Assembly (NCBI GenBank): GCA_023150835.1
Contig: JAKLKB010000057.1
Coordinates: forward strand, 1-37,059
DNA from: Myxococcota bacterium
GTDB lineage: Bacteria > Myxococcota_C > UBA6777
Direction: 5' to 3'
Length of the DNA stretch: 37,059 bases
Each line of letters begins with the position of its first letter. The first letter of the stretch is position 1. The position numbers and the translations under genes were made by a program. Below, piece after piece: positions 21,001 through 28,550 of this stretch. The notes under the pieces were generated by a model. That model was given only the letters and a program-made list of their open reading frames with translations. It had not been told where the DNA came from and made no database searches.

Positions 21001-21246
21001 GTTGATCGTGCTACCTGCTGGACTCGCGATCAAAGAAAAAGTCAGGTTCGGATCTCCAGCATCCACCGCGTCAAGATCAAACAGGTAAGAAGATCCCAAG
21101 ATCGCATAATCGGTAGGGGTGTTGGTAAAAGTCGGCGCGGCGTACACCGACGGAGCCTCCCACCCAAAGAACAGAACAACCCCCCAAAAAGCTGCAAACC
21201 AGACGGATCGGTATTGATATTGATGACGCAAATCCATGATGTCCAT
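12019..21246 (-). CDS. Giant cell-surface protein/adhesin with putative-Ig (He_PIG/cadherin-like) domains, Cys-rich repeats and MYXO-CTERM-type tail
   Basis: ~3075 aa (start 21246 or 21237). Signal peptide; Ig-like domain; head with repeated (I/V)xxDKPxxV; ~17 CDGxDNxCxGxxD motifs; 7 tandem ATxDPxTG Ig-like domains; Cys-rich DPC repeats; C-terminus GGGCGC...WLCLLLLAWLVRFRLR. Confidence 0.9.
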   Translation of the reverse strand: MDIMDLRHQYQYRSVWFAAFWGVVLFFGWEAPSVYAAPTFTNTPTDYAILGSSYLFDLDAVDAGDPNLTFSLIASPAGSTINAATGVVTWPNPTGVATFTARVCNTANQCVNTTWSVTAKNGPVYLVYSASNLFLWGYQDNARYWIHRISDNSLIEAGTIPVAGRAKFVDLSVYGITSTTGHLYVRADKPLSIVAGDSKSTAGGEGTYFYSQNGTYVGKVFVGYTRKDILVYCHTSDTTGTIVPNIRVTDVSDSDDSTTLTSANVKFSNPSRDVNGVVSGRYWIWELTTFDDDEFRIEPTNPSSPNNPDCSVAAGVIVGRNDWSMTAPSMTPADLGRSYGTRFYTHASIETAIFASQANTKVTIRNITNPAGNNNTTFTLNAGGVPSFWTATLFPDVYNGFSQISNGTGFNGEYIEVVSDKPISVYPTAMRAVGSYITNVQLFKRPDNKYEGYCYVNKVAAQGADIGIYTKDAQTRVEVRTIGGQKNDTSINYYIGPWTGGQSPLLPWSGQTYKYAQAPANSINAELVQIIADRYPVLVVCGDISGSTQLYHLTGKESPLDLPPVIAAPPPPSLTAVAGAPYKPNQVVATDPEGGPLLYFLSAAPAGATISPNSGQILWTPSVGEIGQTVTFTVVVVDQEGNTATRTWQVRVVVCNNGDTRACYTGASGCSLLNGVYSCVGECRSGTQTCTGEQWPVTCGGQQLPNSEICDGKDNNCDGQIDNGLTAPLCTKQQGVCSGARQICMGAAGWRDCTTADYTAHHANYETTETKCDGLDNDCSGQIDNNLIAPLCTRQQGVCSGSRQICTGVTGWRDCTTADYTAHNANYEATETKCDGLDNDCNGQIDNNLIAPLCANQQGVCSGAKQTCGGAAGWRACTSADYAAYTPDYEATETKCDGKDNNCDGQIDNNLTAPLCSKQQGVCSGSRQICTGATGWRDCTDADYTAQSPDYEATETKCDGKDNNCDGQIDNNLTAPLCSKQSGVCNGARQSCTGASGWKDCDDAAYTAHNADYQATESKCDGKDNDCNGQIDTGCQCQDGQNQACYTGGSGCVKSGNTYTCKGECKSGTQVCTNGQWGACTGDAIEKAEVCDGKDNDCDGQIDNNLIAPNCANQQGVCSGAKQTCGGAAGWRACTSADYAANSPDYEAAETKCDGKDNDCDGRIDNNLTAPLCTKQQGVCSGARQICTGATGWRDCTDADYTAHNANYEATETKCDGRDNDCNGQVDNNLTAPLCSKQAGVCSGSRQTCDGANGWKDCDAASYRNQNADYEAVETKCDGKDNDCNGQIDNNLTAPLCSKQQGVCSGAKQTCAGASGWRDCTNAEYTAHNANYETIETKCDGQDNDCNGQVDNNLTAPLCSKQQGVCSGAKQTCGGASGWRDCTNAEYSAHNADYEAVETKCDGKDNDCNGQIDNNLAAPLCSKQQGACVGAKQSCTGAGGWKDCDAASYAAQNADYEATETKCDGKDNDCNGQIDEGLVAPNCTKQSGVCNGAKQRCDGAAGWKDCSTTDYQNHSTDYQSTETKCDGKDNDCNGQIDEGCQCQSGQTQDCYTGNQGCTQTGGSYTCRGTCAKGSQTCDNTGKWGACTGDITEQTEVCDGKDNDCDGQIDNNLNPPLCANQQGVCSGAKQTCDGVNGWKPCGAAEYTAQNADYEAVETKCDGKDNDCDGQVDENLTAPLCSKQQGVCVGSKQRCDGTNGWKDCDAASYSAQSADYEAVETKCDGKDNDCNGQIDEPTKCSTSTPPQIQGVPEKTASATKSYGYQPSVVDPDANETHRWQGTRLPAGATVDPQTGEVKWTPATGDAGKEFEFEIEVCDSANLCAKQAWKVRVGTGNQLPQIIGTPKASAEKDKTYTYKPTVRDPDASDTHTWKLDKAPSGATIDPKTGEITWVPSASDVGKEFEFEVTVCDSAGDCATQSWKVLVVDPNRPPQITTTPSTSASAGLPYSYKAQASDPDADVLTWKLNQKPAGAAIDPQTGEITWTPSAGDDGKEFSFEVEVCDAKGACVQQSWNTRVGAGNQPPSIEGIPNNQAAPRVPYAFEPKVKDADAGDKHSWKLNQGPSGATVDPQTGKLNWTPDPSDAGKTINFEIEVCDDKGSCAKLRWSVKVGGVPNTPPIIDGAPSNDAAQGRPYAYEPKVIDPDVGDTHTWKLNQGPSGATVDPQTGKLNWTPGPNDVGKDFTFEVEVCDSRGACAKRIWKVRVGDKGKPPQMGGTPQTWTNPNQAYQFKPFVVDPDPNEAYTWKGNTLPPGATVDPNTGEVNWTPGPNDAGKTFDFEIELCDSQGLCTKRRWQVRVLTAPRNNPPEITSTPPSDALTGQAFTYAPVVRDPDTGDTHTWKLKQAPPGATIDPQTGKITWTPTPSEEGKTTTFEVEVCDSGTPPLCNTQTFEATPRQACRVDIDCKNDQICIFGANPQGRCFVPICTPRTQPCLYQDDLCKEGACLPDPCKGKTCAAGEACRPADGICFKPCAGVQCNADQTCRDGVCGKDPCQTAGLTCKADEICDTTTSAPKCSPNPCNSMSCRFGRICSVQGRCTEDPCLKVQCPDPNNQRCVLGQCVDIPRCKVDIDCPNTNVCLQGICQPAQCYTSNCPQTQRCVKAICEPQLCPAPNGTPCSTEQFCRPSDNKCVKSCGSVSCAQGQRCVDGACVADPCASVSCAVGEVCVAGKCEKSNCTNASVCRHGRVCDPSSNACVDDPCFGITCPVSGEICVAGQCVAKGCQFDKECGGTEICVERTCIPRTCAATADCAQGELCINGKCLKDPCVGKNCTQDQICRAGDCVATCAGIFCPEKQICLDGRCKADPCAGVTCKSNEICRSGACVPNECVPNSDQCKTGRVCEVSRCVDDPCKDLKCPVPSTCEKGQCVGGRPCKVDAECPGDSICVSAACVAPGCYTKQDCATAQLCAQGACKDNPCNSKTCATGEFCDPQSGGCKKSCSSCASGQRCVDGLCQKDPCFGVTCPSGETCQEGQCTQDACASVASPCRYGRLCEKSRCIDDPCNKVNCGGGTCRAGLCYGADKEVGQEQITENVPDVGVGIVGGGCGCDASNPADTSIFWLCLLLLAWLVRFRLRLLKG

Positions 21247-21377
21247 CCTATCGAGAAGTGAAGCCAAAGCGAGCGCGACACGCAAGAAGCATCCACCACC
21301 CGCAAGCCGTTAGCGGTCAGAAGTTCATGCTTTGTCGAAGATGTCTTTTATTTCTTCACGATAACTCACGCGCCAGA

Positions 21378-21501
21378 CAAAACTCGCGTTCGCGAACGCT
21401 CAAGCGGAGGCGTTGTCGGTTTGAAAAACGCCTAATCTTTCCGCCAATACGGGGTCAAGGGGCGACAGTCCCTTGTGGGGCGTGGGGCAAAGCCCCACAA
21501 A
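21378..21501 (+). repeat. Dispersed ~125-nt structured element (family B), copy 2
   Basis: Hairpins TCGC-gttc-GCGA, AGGCGTT/AACGCCT, CAAGGG/CCCTTG, GTGGGGC-aaa-GCCCCAC. Confidence 0.85.
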
Positions 21502-21542
21502 ACGGAGAAAATATACAAGGCCAATAAAAAACGCCGCCCCTC

Positions 21543-24248
21543 TCACCAGCCCAACAACCACCAGATCCCAAACGCCATCCCGACCAACCCGATCACCAAC
21601 CCCCAAAGCAACCAACGCCGCCCAACACTCGGCTTTCTTGCGAAGCTGCCTTCGCCATCCAATCGTCCCTCTTTATACGAATCAAAAACGCCCGATGCAC
21701 CGAGATCATAGCTCTTTTGAGAGGAGATCTCCTCACTCCATCGCGATCTCTCCTGCCCCGCCGCCTCCGAAAAGAACGCAGGCTCTTCGTACGCGCTCAG
21801 ACTACCGCTCGGTTGGTATTCAATGGTTGCACGCATCGGATCCGCTTGTGGTAAAGACCCCCCCGACGTTTCATGTTTTTTTGATTCGGCTTGTTGCGCA
21901 AAGGCTCTTGGTCCGGCTTGTTGCGCGGGAAAACCAGAGGAGATGTCCTCTAAGACAGCTTTTCTCTCAGGTTCTGTTTTGTTTACGATACCTGCCGAGG
22001 CATCCGAGGTTCCGAATCCATCGTTGTGCTGCGTTGCAAATATCCCATACAAGGGCGAGATCCGCTCATCGGACTCTGTTGTAAAAAAAGCATCCTTGTT
22101 GGCAAGATCCAGCAGCAACTCGCCCTCCGCCACTTTTTGCGCAGAAAGAGATCCGCTTGTAGACGGTCGGGCAACCAAAACAGACACGGATCCCGCTGTT
22201 GTCGCTTTTTGTGCAGAAGGATGTTCCTTCGTAGGATGCTCCTTCGATGAGGCCATTCCAACGGCCTTTTTCTCAATCAAGACAGCCCGCTGCGCCTCTC
22301 CTTTTGAAGCAGAAGGATGCGTGTGCATACCCGTTGCGGTGATCAGATCTTGTTCATCAAGCGCGATCAGCTCATCATCCGAAGGAGCCAACGGATACAC
22401 GAGAGACGTTGAACTCTGTTGCTCTCGGTGATCCTGTTTTGTTGTGGAGGGTTGACCAACGGAGATCGGCTTATTGAGAGAGGACGGATGTCCGGTAGAG
22501 ATCTGCCCATTGTCATCGACTTGAACAAACGGAAGGTTGGTCAAGGTGGCGGCATTCAGTTGCGCGTCTGCGGGGGCAACGGACAGACGTTCTCCGCGCT
22601 CGACAAGTGCGGGGGGTTTGGGGCCGATCTCCATCGTCATCTTGAAGAATTCGCTTTGCTCGATGGTATCGCGAGGCGAACCCTGCATCAAAGCGATGTT
22701 GGTTTTGGTTGACGAAGAAGACGAGATATCTCCCCATCCTTCGCGCTTTTGCGTACCTATTCCGCGATCGATCATCACACGACCTTGTGCGTCAAACCAT
22801 GACGGATCATTGTGCGCGATATTTTTTTCGGTGCGTAAAGGCTCGGAGGCTGCGCTTTGTGCGATATTTTTTTCAGTGTGTAGAAGCTCGGAGGCTGCAC
22901 TTTGTGCGATGTTTTTTTCGGTGTGTAATGGCTCGGAGGCTGCACTTTGTGCGATGTTTTTTTCGGTGTGTAATGGCTCGGAGGCTACGCTTTGTGCGAT
23001 GTTTTCGGAAGAATAGCTCGGCTCGTGCGGAGGTAGCGAAGGGGCAGTTTGAGCGGGAAACTTGGGAGGGGGCAACATCGGAGGGCGAGGCAGAGAACTC
23101 GCGCTAGGAGACAGAGAAAGTACGGGCTCCGACGAAGAAAGCACTGGGTTGGAAGTCGTGGTGGTGTGGCCCTCGTCTGTGCTGCCTTCGTCTGGACTGG
23201 CTTCGTTGTTCTGCGAAGACCCCACAACAGGAGGTTGATAAGAGCTTGAGTCGAGGTATGTTTGGCGCGGATCTGCGGAGAACCCGAAGGGATTGAAGGC
23301 AGCAGGAGGGCTGTGGCGAAAAAGGGTCAACCAATCGGCGAGATCCTCTTGTTCCTGAGGATAATTGCGTTCGCGCAAGATCTGCTCGATTTGGCGATAA
23401 ACGGCTCTCGCATCAGGAGGCCGATCTTCAGGGTGTTTCGAGAGTAGACTCGCGAGCAACTCTTCCAAAGCGGGTGGGCAGTCGTCCACAAATTCACGCA
23501 AAGAAGGTACGGGCATCTGGGTGACTTGGATCATGGTGGTGAACGTGTCGGAACTTGCGAAGGGATTGATGCCTGCGCAGATCTCGTACAAGATCACTCC
23601 GAGCGAATACAGGTCGGAGCGTTCGTCGAGCTCTTTGCTTTGGATCTGTTCAGGCGACATGTACGCGGGTGTTCCCCGGATGATGCCCGTTTGCGTCTTC
23701 AAGGTATTGGCTGTGGATTTAGCGATACCAAAGTCGATGATCTTGACAAGGCCATTGCGCCCGATCAGCAAGTTGGTGGGTTTCAGATCCCGATGGATCA
23801 AGCGGAAAGGTTGTCCGTAGGCGTCCGTTGCGGTGTGTGCATGATACAGGCCCCGACAAACTTGACGAAAGATCGTTAGCGCCACCTGCCAAGGCAAAGA
23901 GCGCCGCCCAACGCTTGCGATCACGTGGGCCATGAAGTCCTCCAGATCATGCCCCTCGACGTATTCCATCGCGATGTACAGGTAAGGGGGAACCTCGTCC
24001 ACATCAAAGATCGACACCAAGTTGGGATGTTGAAGCTGCGAAACGATCCGTGCCTCGTGCAAAAGCAAACTGCGCTGCTTTTCTCGTGCTGCATCAAACT
24101 CAAGGATCTTCAAGACAACGATCTTGGAAAACCCACCAATGCCCCCCTGCCGCGCTTCCCAAACTTGCGCCTGTCCACCTTTCCCAAGACACGAGACCAA
24201 CTCGTACCGATGGTTTCCCAATACTGTGCCGGGCTTCAACGCTGTCAC
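21543..24248 (-). CDS. Hanks-type Ser/Thr protein kinase with long disordered tail and terminal TM helix
   Basis: GKGGQAQV, VVLK, HRDLKPTN, DFG, YMSPEQ, SDLYSLG all intact. GTG start at 24248 follows GGAG; alternative ATG at 24287. Confidence 0.92.
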   Translation of the reverse strand: MTALKPGTVLGNHRYELVSCLGKGGQAQVWEARQGGIGGFSKIVVLKILEFDAAREKQRSLLLHEARIVSQLQHPNLVSIFDVDEVPPYLYIAMEYVEGHDLEDFMAHVIASVGRRSLPWQVALTIFRQVCRGLYHAHTATDAYGQPFRLIHRDLKPTNLLIGRNGLVKIIDFGIAKSTANTLKTQTGIIRGTPAYMSPEQIQSKELDERSDLYSLGVILYEICAGINPFASSDTFTTMIQVTQMPVPSLREFVDDCPPALEELLASLLSKHPEDRPPDARAVYRQIEQILRERNYPQEQEDLADWLTLFRHSPPAAFNPFGFSADPRQTYLDSSSYQPPVVGSSQNNEASPDEGSTDEGHTTTTSNPVLSSSEPVLSLSPSASSLPRPPMLPPPKFPAQTAPSLPPHEPSYSSENIAQSVASEPLHTEKNIAQSAASEPLHTEKNIAQSAASELLHTEKNIAQSAASEPLRTEKNIAHNDPSWFDAQGRVMIDRGIGTQKREGWGDISSSSSTKTNIALMQGSPRDTIEQSEFFKMTMEIGPKPPALVERGERLSVAPADAQLNAATLTNLPFVQVDDNGQISTGHPSSLNKPISVGQPSTTKQDHREQQSSTSLVYPLAPSDDELIALDEQDLITATGMHTHPSASKGEAQRAVLIEKKAVGMASSKEHPTKEHPSAQKATTAGSVSVLVARPSTSGSLSAQKVAEGELLLDLANKDAFFTTESDERISPLYGIFATQHNDGFGTSDASAGIVNKTEPERKAVLEDISSGFPAQQAGPRAFAQQAESKKHETSGGSLPQADPMRATIEYQPSGSLSAYEEPAFFSEAAGQERSRWSEEISSQKSYDLGASGVFDSYKEGRLDGEGSFARKPSVGRRWLLWGLVIGLVGMAFGIWWLLGW
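22813..23008 (-). repeat. In-frame 45-bp tandem repeat (~4 copies) in the kinase tail
   Basis: Encodes NIAQSAASEPLHTEK units. Confidence 0.9.
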
Positions 24249-24408
24249 ACAACAACTCCGCGAGGCAAGAGCGACCACAAACACCATCCACTCATCCGAG
24301 TCTTACACGCCACAGGCGCGATTGCCAAGCCCCGAAATAAAAACAACCTCCACACCACCCATCCGATTCCAGCCCTCACTTAGTCGCTCTCCAACCACAA
24401 CCTCTCAA

Positions 24409-24457
24409 AAAAGAATTCCTCCCCCCCATAAGGACTGGCAGAAAAGAATTCCTCCCC
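24409..24457. repeat. Direct repeat AAAAGAATTCCTCCCC (33-bp period) in a divergent promoter region
   Basis: Exact 16-mers at 24409 and 24442, between the kinase and PpiC starts. Confidence 0.7.
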
Positions 24458-24553
24458 ATCCGCACGCGGCGCTTGCACAAAAGATCGCCTGTGTGCAAAC
24501 TACCGACCGATGCGATCCATTGCAAACAAAGCCATAGGAGCAAAAAGACAACG

Positions 24554-26110
24554 ATGGCCTGCCTCAACAAGCCAGCCTACACCACATCGTTCACTCTACT
24601 TTTTCTCGCAACCGTCTTCCTTGGATGCAAAGATCCCTACAGCACCCACGGAACCCCCACCCCACCCCAAGAATCCACGACCGCCACAAAAAGCGCACAG
24701 ACGCCCGAACAGCCGTCACCCACGACTCAACCCTCCAACCCCCTCAAGTCCACACCACCCTCGACGATGCCCTCTCTTGGCCTTCCTTCGGCACAAATGG
24801 AACTTCCCTCGCCCCGCCTCGGTCAAAACGAAGAGGACAAGTGGCCCAAAAAAGCCCTGTTTACCCGCAAAGAAGGCGAAACGCCCTCTCCCACGCCAAC
24901 CGCAGGACTCGGACTCCAAGCGCCCACCAAAGGCTTTGGCCTCGGCCTGACCATGCCTTCGCTCGGCGACAACAGCGGACTCACACCGCCCTCCCAAGAC
25001 GGCCTCTCGCTCCAACTTAACACCAACGAAAACACCGATACCACCGAGCCTTCCGCACCGACATCACAGCCGACATCACAGCCAACCTCCGCCTCTTCGC
25101 GCCCGACCTCCGCTCCACACTCCCCCAAAGACACCGACACCCAAGACACCGACACCAAAGAAGCCAAAGCGAACAAAAAAGCCGCACCTTCGGCCCCTGC
25201 ACCCTTTTCGCTTCCAACATCGGGCGTCATCGCGATGATCAACAGCGAAGAGATCGACGCGATCACTTTTCGCGTGGCCTTTGAACAAGCCAAACAACTC
25301 GTCCTATCGCAACAAGCGATCGAACTCAACGACGCGATGCTCGACGAGATCCGCAAAAAAACGCTGGAGGGGCTTGTCAGCCAGATCCTGATCTCTCAAA
25401 AAGCCGCCCAAATCGGTGTTCCATACGGGCCGCAAGAACAAAGAGAAGCGATACGTCTCTTTCTTGCAGCCCAACCCGCCGGCACCACGGTTGCGCAATT
25501 CTTACGCACCCACAGTCTCACCGAGGCCCAATTTTCCCGCTATCTCCGACTCCAGATGATCACCAATCTGTATATGCAACACATCGCCCGCGACTATCCG
25601 CTCTCACCGCAGGATGTCAAACGCCGCTACGACGAAACGCTCGGCAAAGGCCAAGTCCGCGTTCGGCACATCCTGATCAACCTCAGCGAAACCCCAACAC
25701 CCGAAGAGATCCAAAAGGCCGAAACACGCGCCCAAAAGATCCTCACCGAAGTGCAAGCCCCCAAAGCAGACTTCGCCGATCTCGCCAAGAAGCGATCCGA
25801 TGATCTGAGCGGAGAACAGGGCGGCGATCTCGGATTCCTTGGAAGCGGCGATGCTGTAAAAGAACTCGATCACGTGATCTTTTCCATGGACCTCCAAGAG
25901 ATACGCGGCCCCATCCGCTCTTCTCTTGGCTTTCATATCCTCCAAGTGACACACAAAAAGGCACCGCCCCCCTTCGCTCAAGTCCAAGAACAACTCGTCC
26001 GCGAACTGCGCATGGGCAAGCTCCAAAGCCACCTCGAAAACGAACTCAAAAAACTCAAACGCGAAGCCGATATCGAATACAAAGTCTCTTGGGCTCCAAA
26101 AGATCCATAA
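24554..26110 (+). CDS. PpiC/parvulin-type peptidyl-prolyl isomerase (SurA/PrsA-like lipoprotein foldase)
   Basis: Lipobox FLGC, P/S/T-rich linker, SurA-N-like helices, VRVRHILI...FADLAKKRSDD...GGDLGF...GPIRSSLGFHIL. Confidence 0.9.
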   Translation: MACLNKPAYTTSFTLLFLATVFLGCKDPYSTHGTPTPPQESTTATKSAQTPEQPSPTTQPSNPLKSTPPSTMPSLGLPSAQMELPSPRLGQNEEDKWPKKALFTRKEGETPSPTPTAGLGLQAPTKGFGLGLTMPSLGDNSGLTPPSQDGLSLQLNTNENTDTTEPSAPTSQPTSQPTSASSRPTSAPHSPKDTDTQDTDTKEAKANKKAAPSAPAPFSLPTSGVIAMINSEEIDAITFRVAFEQAKQLVLSQQAIELNDAMLDEIRKKTLEGLVSQILISQKAAQIGVPYGPQEQREAIRLFLAAQPAGTTVAQFLRTHSLTEAQFSRYLRLQMITNLYMQHIARDYPLSPQDVKRRYDETLGKGQVRVRHILINLSETPTPEEIQKAETRAQKILTEVQAPKADFADLAKKRSDDLSGEQGGDLGFLGSGDAVKELDHVIFSMDLQEIRGPIRSSLGFHILQVTHKKAPPPFAQVQEQLVRELRMGKLQSHLENELKKLKREADIEYKVSWAPKDP

Positions 26111-26111
26111 G

Positions 26112-26224
26112 ACGAGATCCGCCCGTTGTCTGATCATAAAGAGGTCGGGGCAGACAAGTGTGGCTGCCCAAGCACAGGGCGTCTACGTACTCTCCTTCGA
26201 TCACACATCACGCGGATATCGTAT
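26112..26224 (+). mobile_element. REP-containing ~113-bp dispersed element (family A), copy 1
   Basis: ACGAGATCCGCCCGTTG...GGGGCAGACAAGTGTGGCTGCCC...GATCACACATCACGCGGATATCGTAT; near-identical to 27237-27351. Confidence 0.8.
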
Positions 26225-26233
26225 CCCCCAAAA

Positions 26234-26340
26234 TCCCCCAGCTTCCGCATTTTACACACTTCCCCCAGCTTCCGCATTTTACACACTTCCCCCAGCTTCC
26301 GCATTTTACACACTTCCCCCAGCTTCTGCATTTTACACAC
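26234..26340. repeat. 27-bp tandem repeat x4
   Basis: TCCCCCAGCTTCCGCATTTTACACACT at 26234/26261/26288/26315, no spacers. Confidence 0.95.
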
Positions 26341-26374
26341 AAAGCCCCTCGCCTCCCCTCGCCCATCCCTCCGC

Positions 26375-27076
26375 TCAAGCCCCACGCACCGAGAACATCA
26401 ACAATACCAACACCGCAAAAAAGTGACACGCGCTACCCGCCATCACAAACAGATGCCAGATCGCATGGTGATAAGGCAGGCGGTGGTTGAGATAAAAGAT
26501 CACCCCCAAACTATACGCCAGCCCACCCGCGACCAACAGCGCAAAGCCCGACGAAGGCAAGTTGGTGTACAACGGCACGATCACCACCATCGCCGCCCAA
26601 CCCATCAACAGATACAACATCGTCTCAACGAAGTGATAACGCCGCTTGATCAAGACTTTCAGAGCGATCCCGATCACGGCAAAACTCCACGCAAAACTCA
26701 GCAATGCCCATCCCCACCACCCCTTCAAGCCCAAAACAGCGATCGGCGTGTATGATCCCGCGATCAACAAATAGATGCAAACGTGATCCCAAACCTGCAA
26801 CAAACGCTTGCGTTCTTCACGCGTTGCGCTGTGATAAAACATCGATGCGGCGTAAGTCATCACCATCGTCACACCAAAGATCCCACAACACACAAACGCC
26901 GTCCAATGCCGCTGATACAACGAATACAAGGACAACACCAACAACCCCACCACGCTAAAAGCAAGCCCCAAACCATGCGTCCATGCGTTTGCGCGCTCTT
27001 CTTTCGGGGATTGTCGAGAAACAGGGCAGATTTCATGCGTCGTGATCTCGTCGTAAGATCGGGTTGTATCGTACAT
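26375..27076 (-). CDS. Hemolysin III / PAQR family membrane protein
   Basis: EERANAWTHG, SMFYHS, DHVCIYLLIAGSYTP, HAIWHLFV; ~7 TM segments. ATG 27076 follows AAGGAG. Confidence 0.93.
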   Translation of the reverse strand: MYDTTRSYDEITTHEICPVSRQSPKEERANAWTHGLGLAFSVVGLLVLSLYSLYQRHWTAFVCCGIFGVTMVMTYAASMFYHSATREERKRLLQVWDHVCIYLLIAGSYTPIAVLGLKGWWGWALLSFAWSFAVIGIALKVLIKRRYHFVETMLYLLMGWAAMVVIVPLYTNLPSSGFALLVAGGLAYSLGVIFYLNHRLPYHHAIWHLFVMAGSACHFFAVLVLLMFSVRGA

Positions 27077-27236
27077 CCAACACTCCTTCAGCACACGTCA
27101 ATTCTTTTTGGTGGCGCAAACCACACCACCCGCTGAAGAAGAACATACAGCATCCCCTTTTCCCCATGTACCCCGACTCCCCTGAAATGACAAAAAGGTG
27201 ACAGAACGTCCCAGCCATCCGCCTCGATCCCCTTAT

Positions 27237-27351
27237 ACGAGATCCGCCCGTTGAGTTATCGTAAAAATGTAGGGGCAGCCCCCCCTGTGGATGCCCAACA
27301 ATCGGGCGTCTACGTACTCTCCTTCGATCACAGATCACGCGGATATCGTAT
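27237..27351 (+). mobile_element. REP-containing dispersed element (family A), copy 2
   Basis: Contains GTAGGGGCAGCC...TGTGGATGCCC, with the same flanks as 26112-26224. Confidence 0.8.
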
Positions 27352-27364
27352 TCTATCCTGCGCG

Positions 27365-28099
27365 CTAACGTGTGCTTGGTGCTTTTTGCAAAAGCAACAG
27401 AGCAGCCGTTGCGCTTGCCACCAACTCGCGCTCATGCGGCGTGAGGTTTGGTCTAATCCAGACGATGCTTTGTTGCCTGTGCAAAGCCCCCACCAATCGG
27501 CCTTGTTTGAGGATATAATAATCGGCTTTTTGAATCGCTTGGGGAACAGTAGCTTGGGCAAGATGCTCTTTCACGATCTGCATCGTGGTTCTTTCATCAG
27601 CCACCGCCCCCGAAAGCCCCTCAGGCGTAGCCCCTTGGAGGCGCATCTGCCAACGCTTGTTGGTTCGACCCGCCAACTCGCACTCAAACGCTTGTTTTTG
27701 TTGGTCTTGGCGAAACTCCGCCGTACAAGCCCCCACCACGGGCGCTTCCCTACCTTCCAAACGAAAAGCATACCCTTGATAATGCCCGACATCTCGGCTT
27801 TCTCCCGATTCCTCGTCCAACGAAGAGATCGGACTGGCGTTGCGCCGCACTTCTCTCACTTGATATGGACCAAAGCGCAGCGAAGAAGCAGCCTCCGCAT
27901 CGCCTTGATAGCGCGAGATCGTCATCACCGACGTATCTTGGGTTTGTACCGCCCGCACCGTATTTGTCGGGACGCAGCCTTGCAACGCCCACCCCACAAA
28001 CGCCCACTGGGCCACATACGCCACACGCGCCGCACGCGCTGCATGACCGGCCCACATACGGATGACTTGACCTTGTGTTGTGTTGCTCTTTCCAAACAT
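27365..28099 (-). CDS. Hypothetical (lipo)protein
   Basis: Open frame, possible lipobox LQGC, beta-rich body. Start uncertain (28099 chosen; the ORF extends to 28189). Confidence 0.6.
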   Translation of the reverse strand: MFGKSNTTQGQVIRMWAGHAARAARVAYVAQWAFVGWALQGCVPTNTVRAVQTQDTSVMTISRYQGDAEAASSLRFGPYQVREVRRNASPISSLDEESGESRDVGHYQGYAFRLEGREAPVVGACTAEFRQDQQKQAFECELAGRTNKRWQMRLQGATPEGLSGAVADERTTMQIVKEHLAQATVPQAIQKADYYILKQGRLVGALHRQQSIVWIRPNLTPHERELVASATAALLLLQKAPSTR

Positions 28100-28550
28100 A
28101 ACCTGATGCTTCCTTCTCTTCAAAACAGCGACCCGATTCGGCGCGTTGTGGGCGGTTGGAAAAGCACACAAACAAAGATCGTGCCACATCGCGACATCTT
28201 ACAAAACGATGAAAAACAAGCGAAAAATCAGTAAATCGATGGATCGACCAGATCCCCTCGCTCTGCTTTTCCTCGAACGTGGAGCATCCCCCTCCGCTTT
28301 GGTGGAGTAGAACCCTGCCGCTTCTCTCGCGGCATTCCAAAATTGCGGTGTATCTTTTCCCACACGCTTCTCTGCAAGCCGCGACCACAACAGCAAAGAA
28401 AAAACAAAAAGTCTAGGCATTCTCTGATAGTTATCTTTGGCGGTACTAGACTTGCGATACACGTTCCCCACACTCTTCCAAAGAAGATACCCCCCAAAAC
28501 ACTCGCGCCCGCACGACTCCCTTCAACAGATATCCCCAAAGGAGCGCCTG

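Noticed and set aside
26126-26490. Small ORFs across the REP and tandem repeats (also 29784-31012)
   Set aside because: Translations simply mirror non-coding repeat units; no RBS or motif support.
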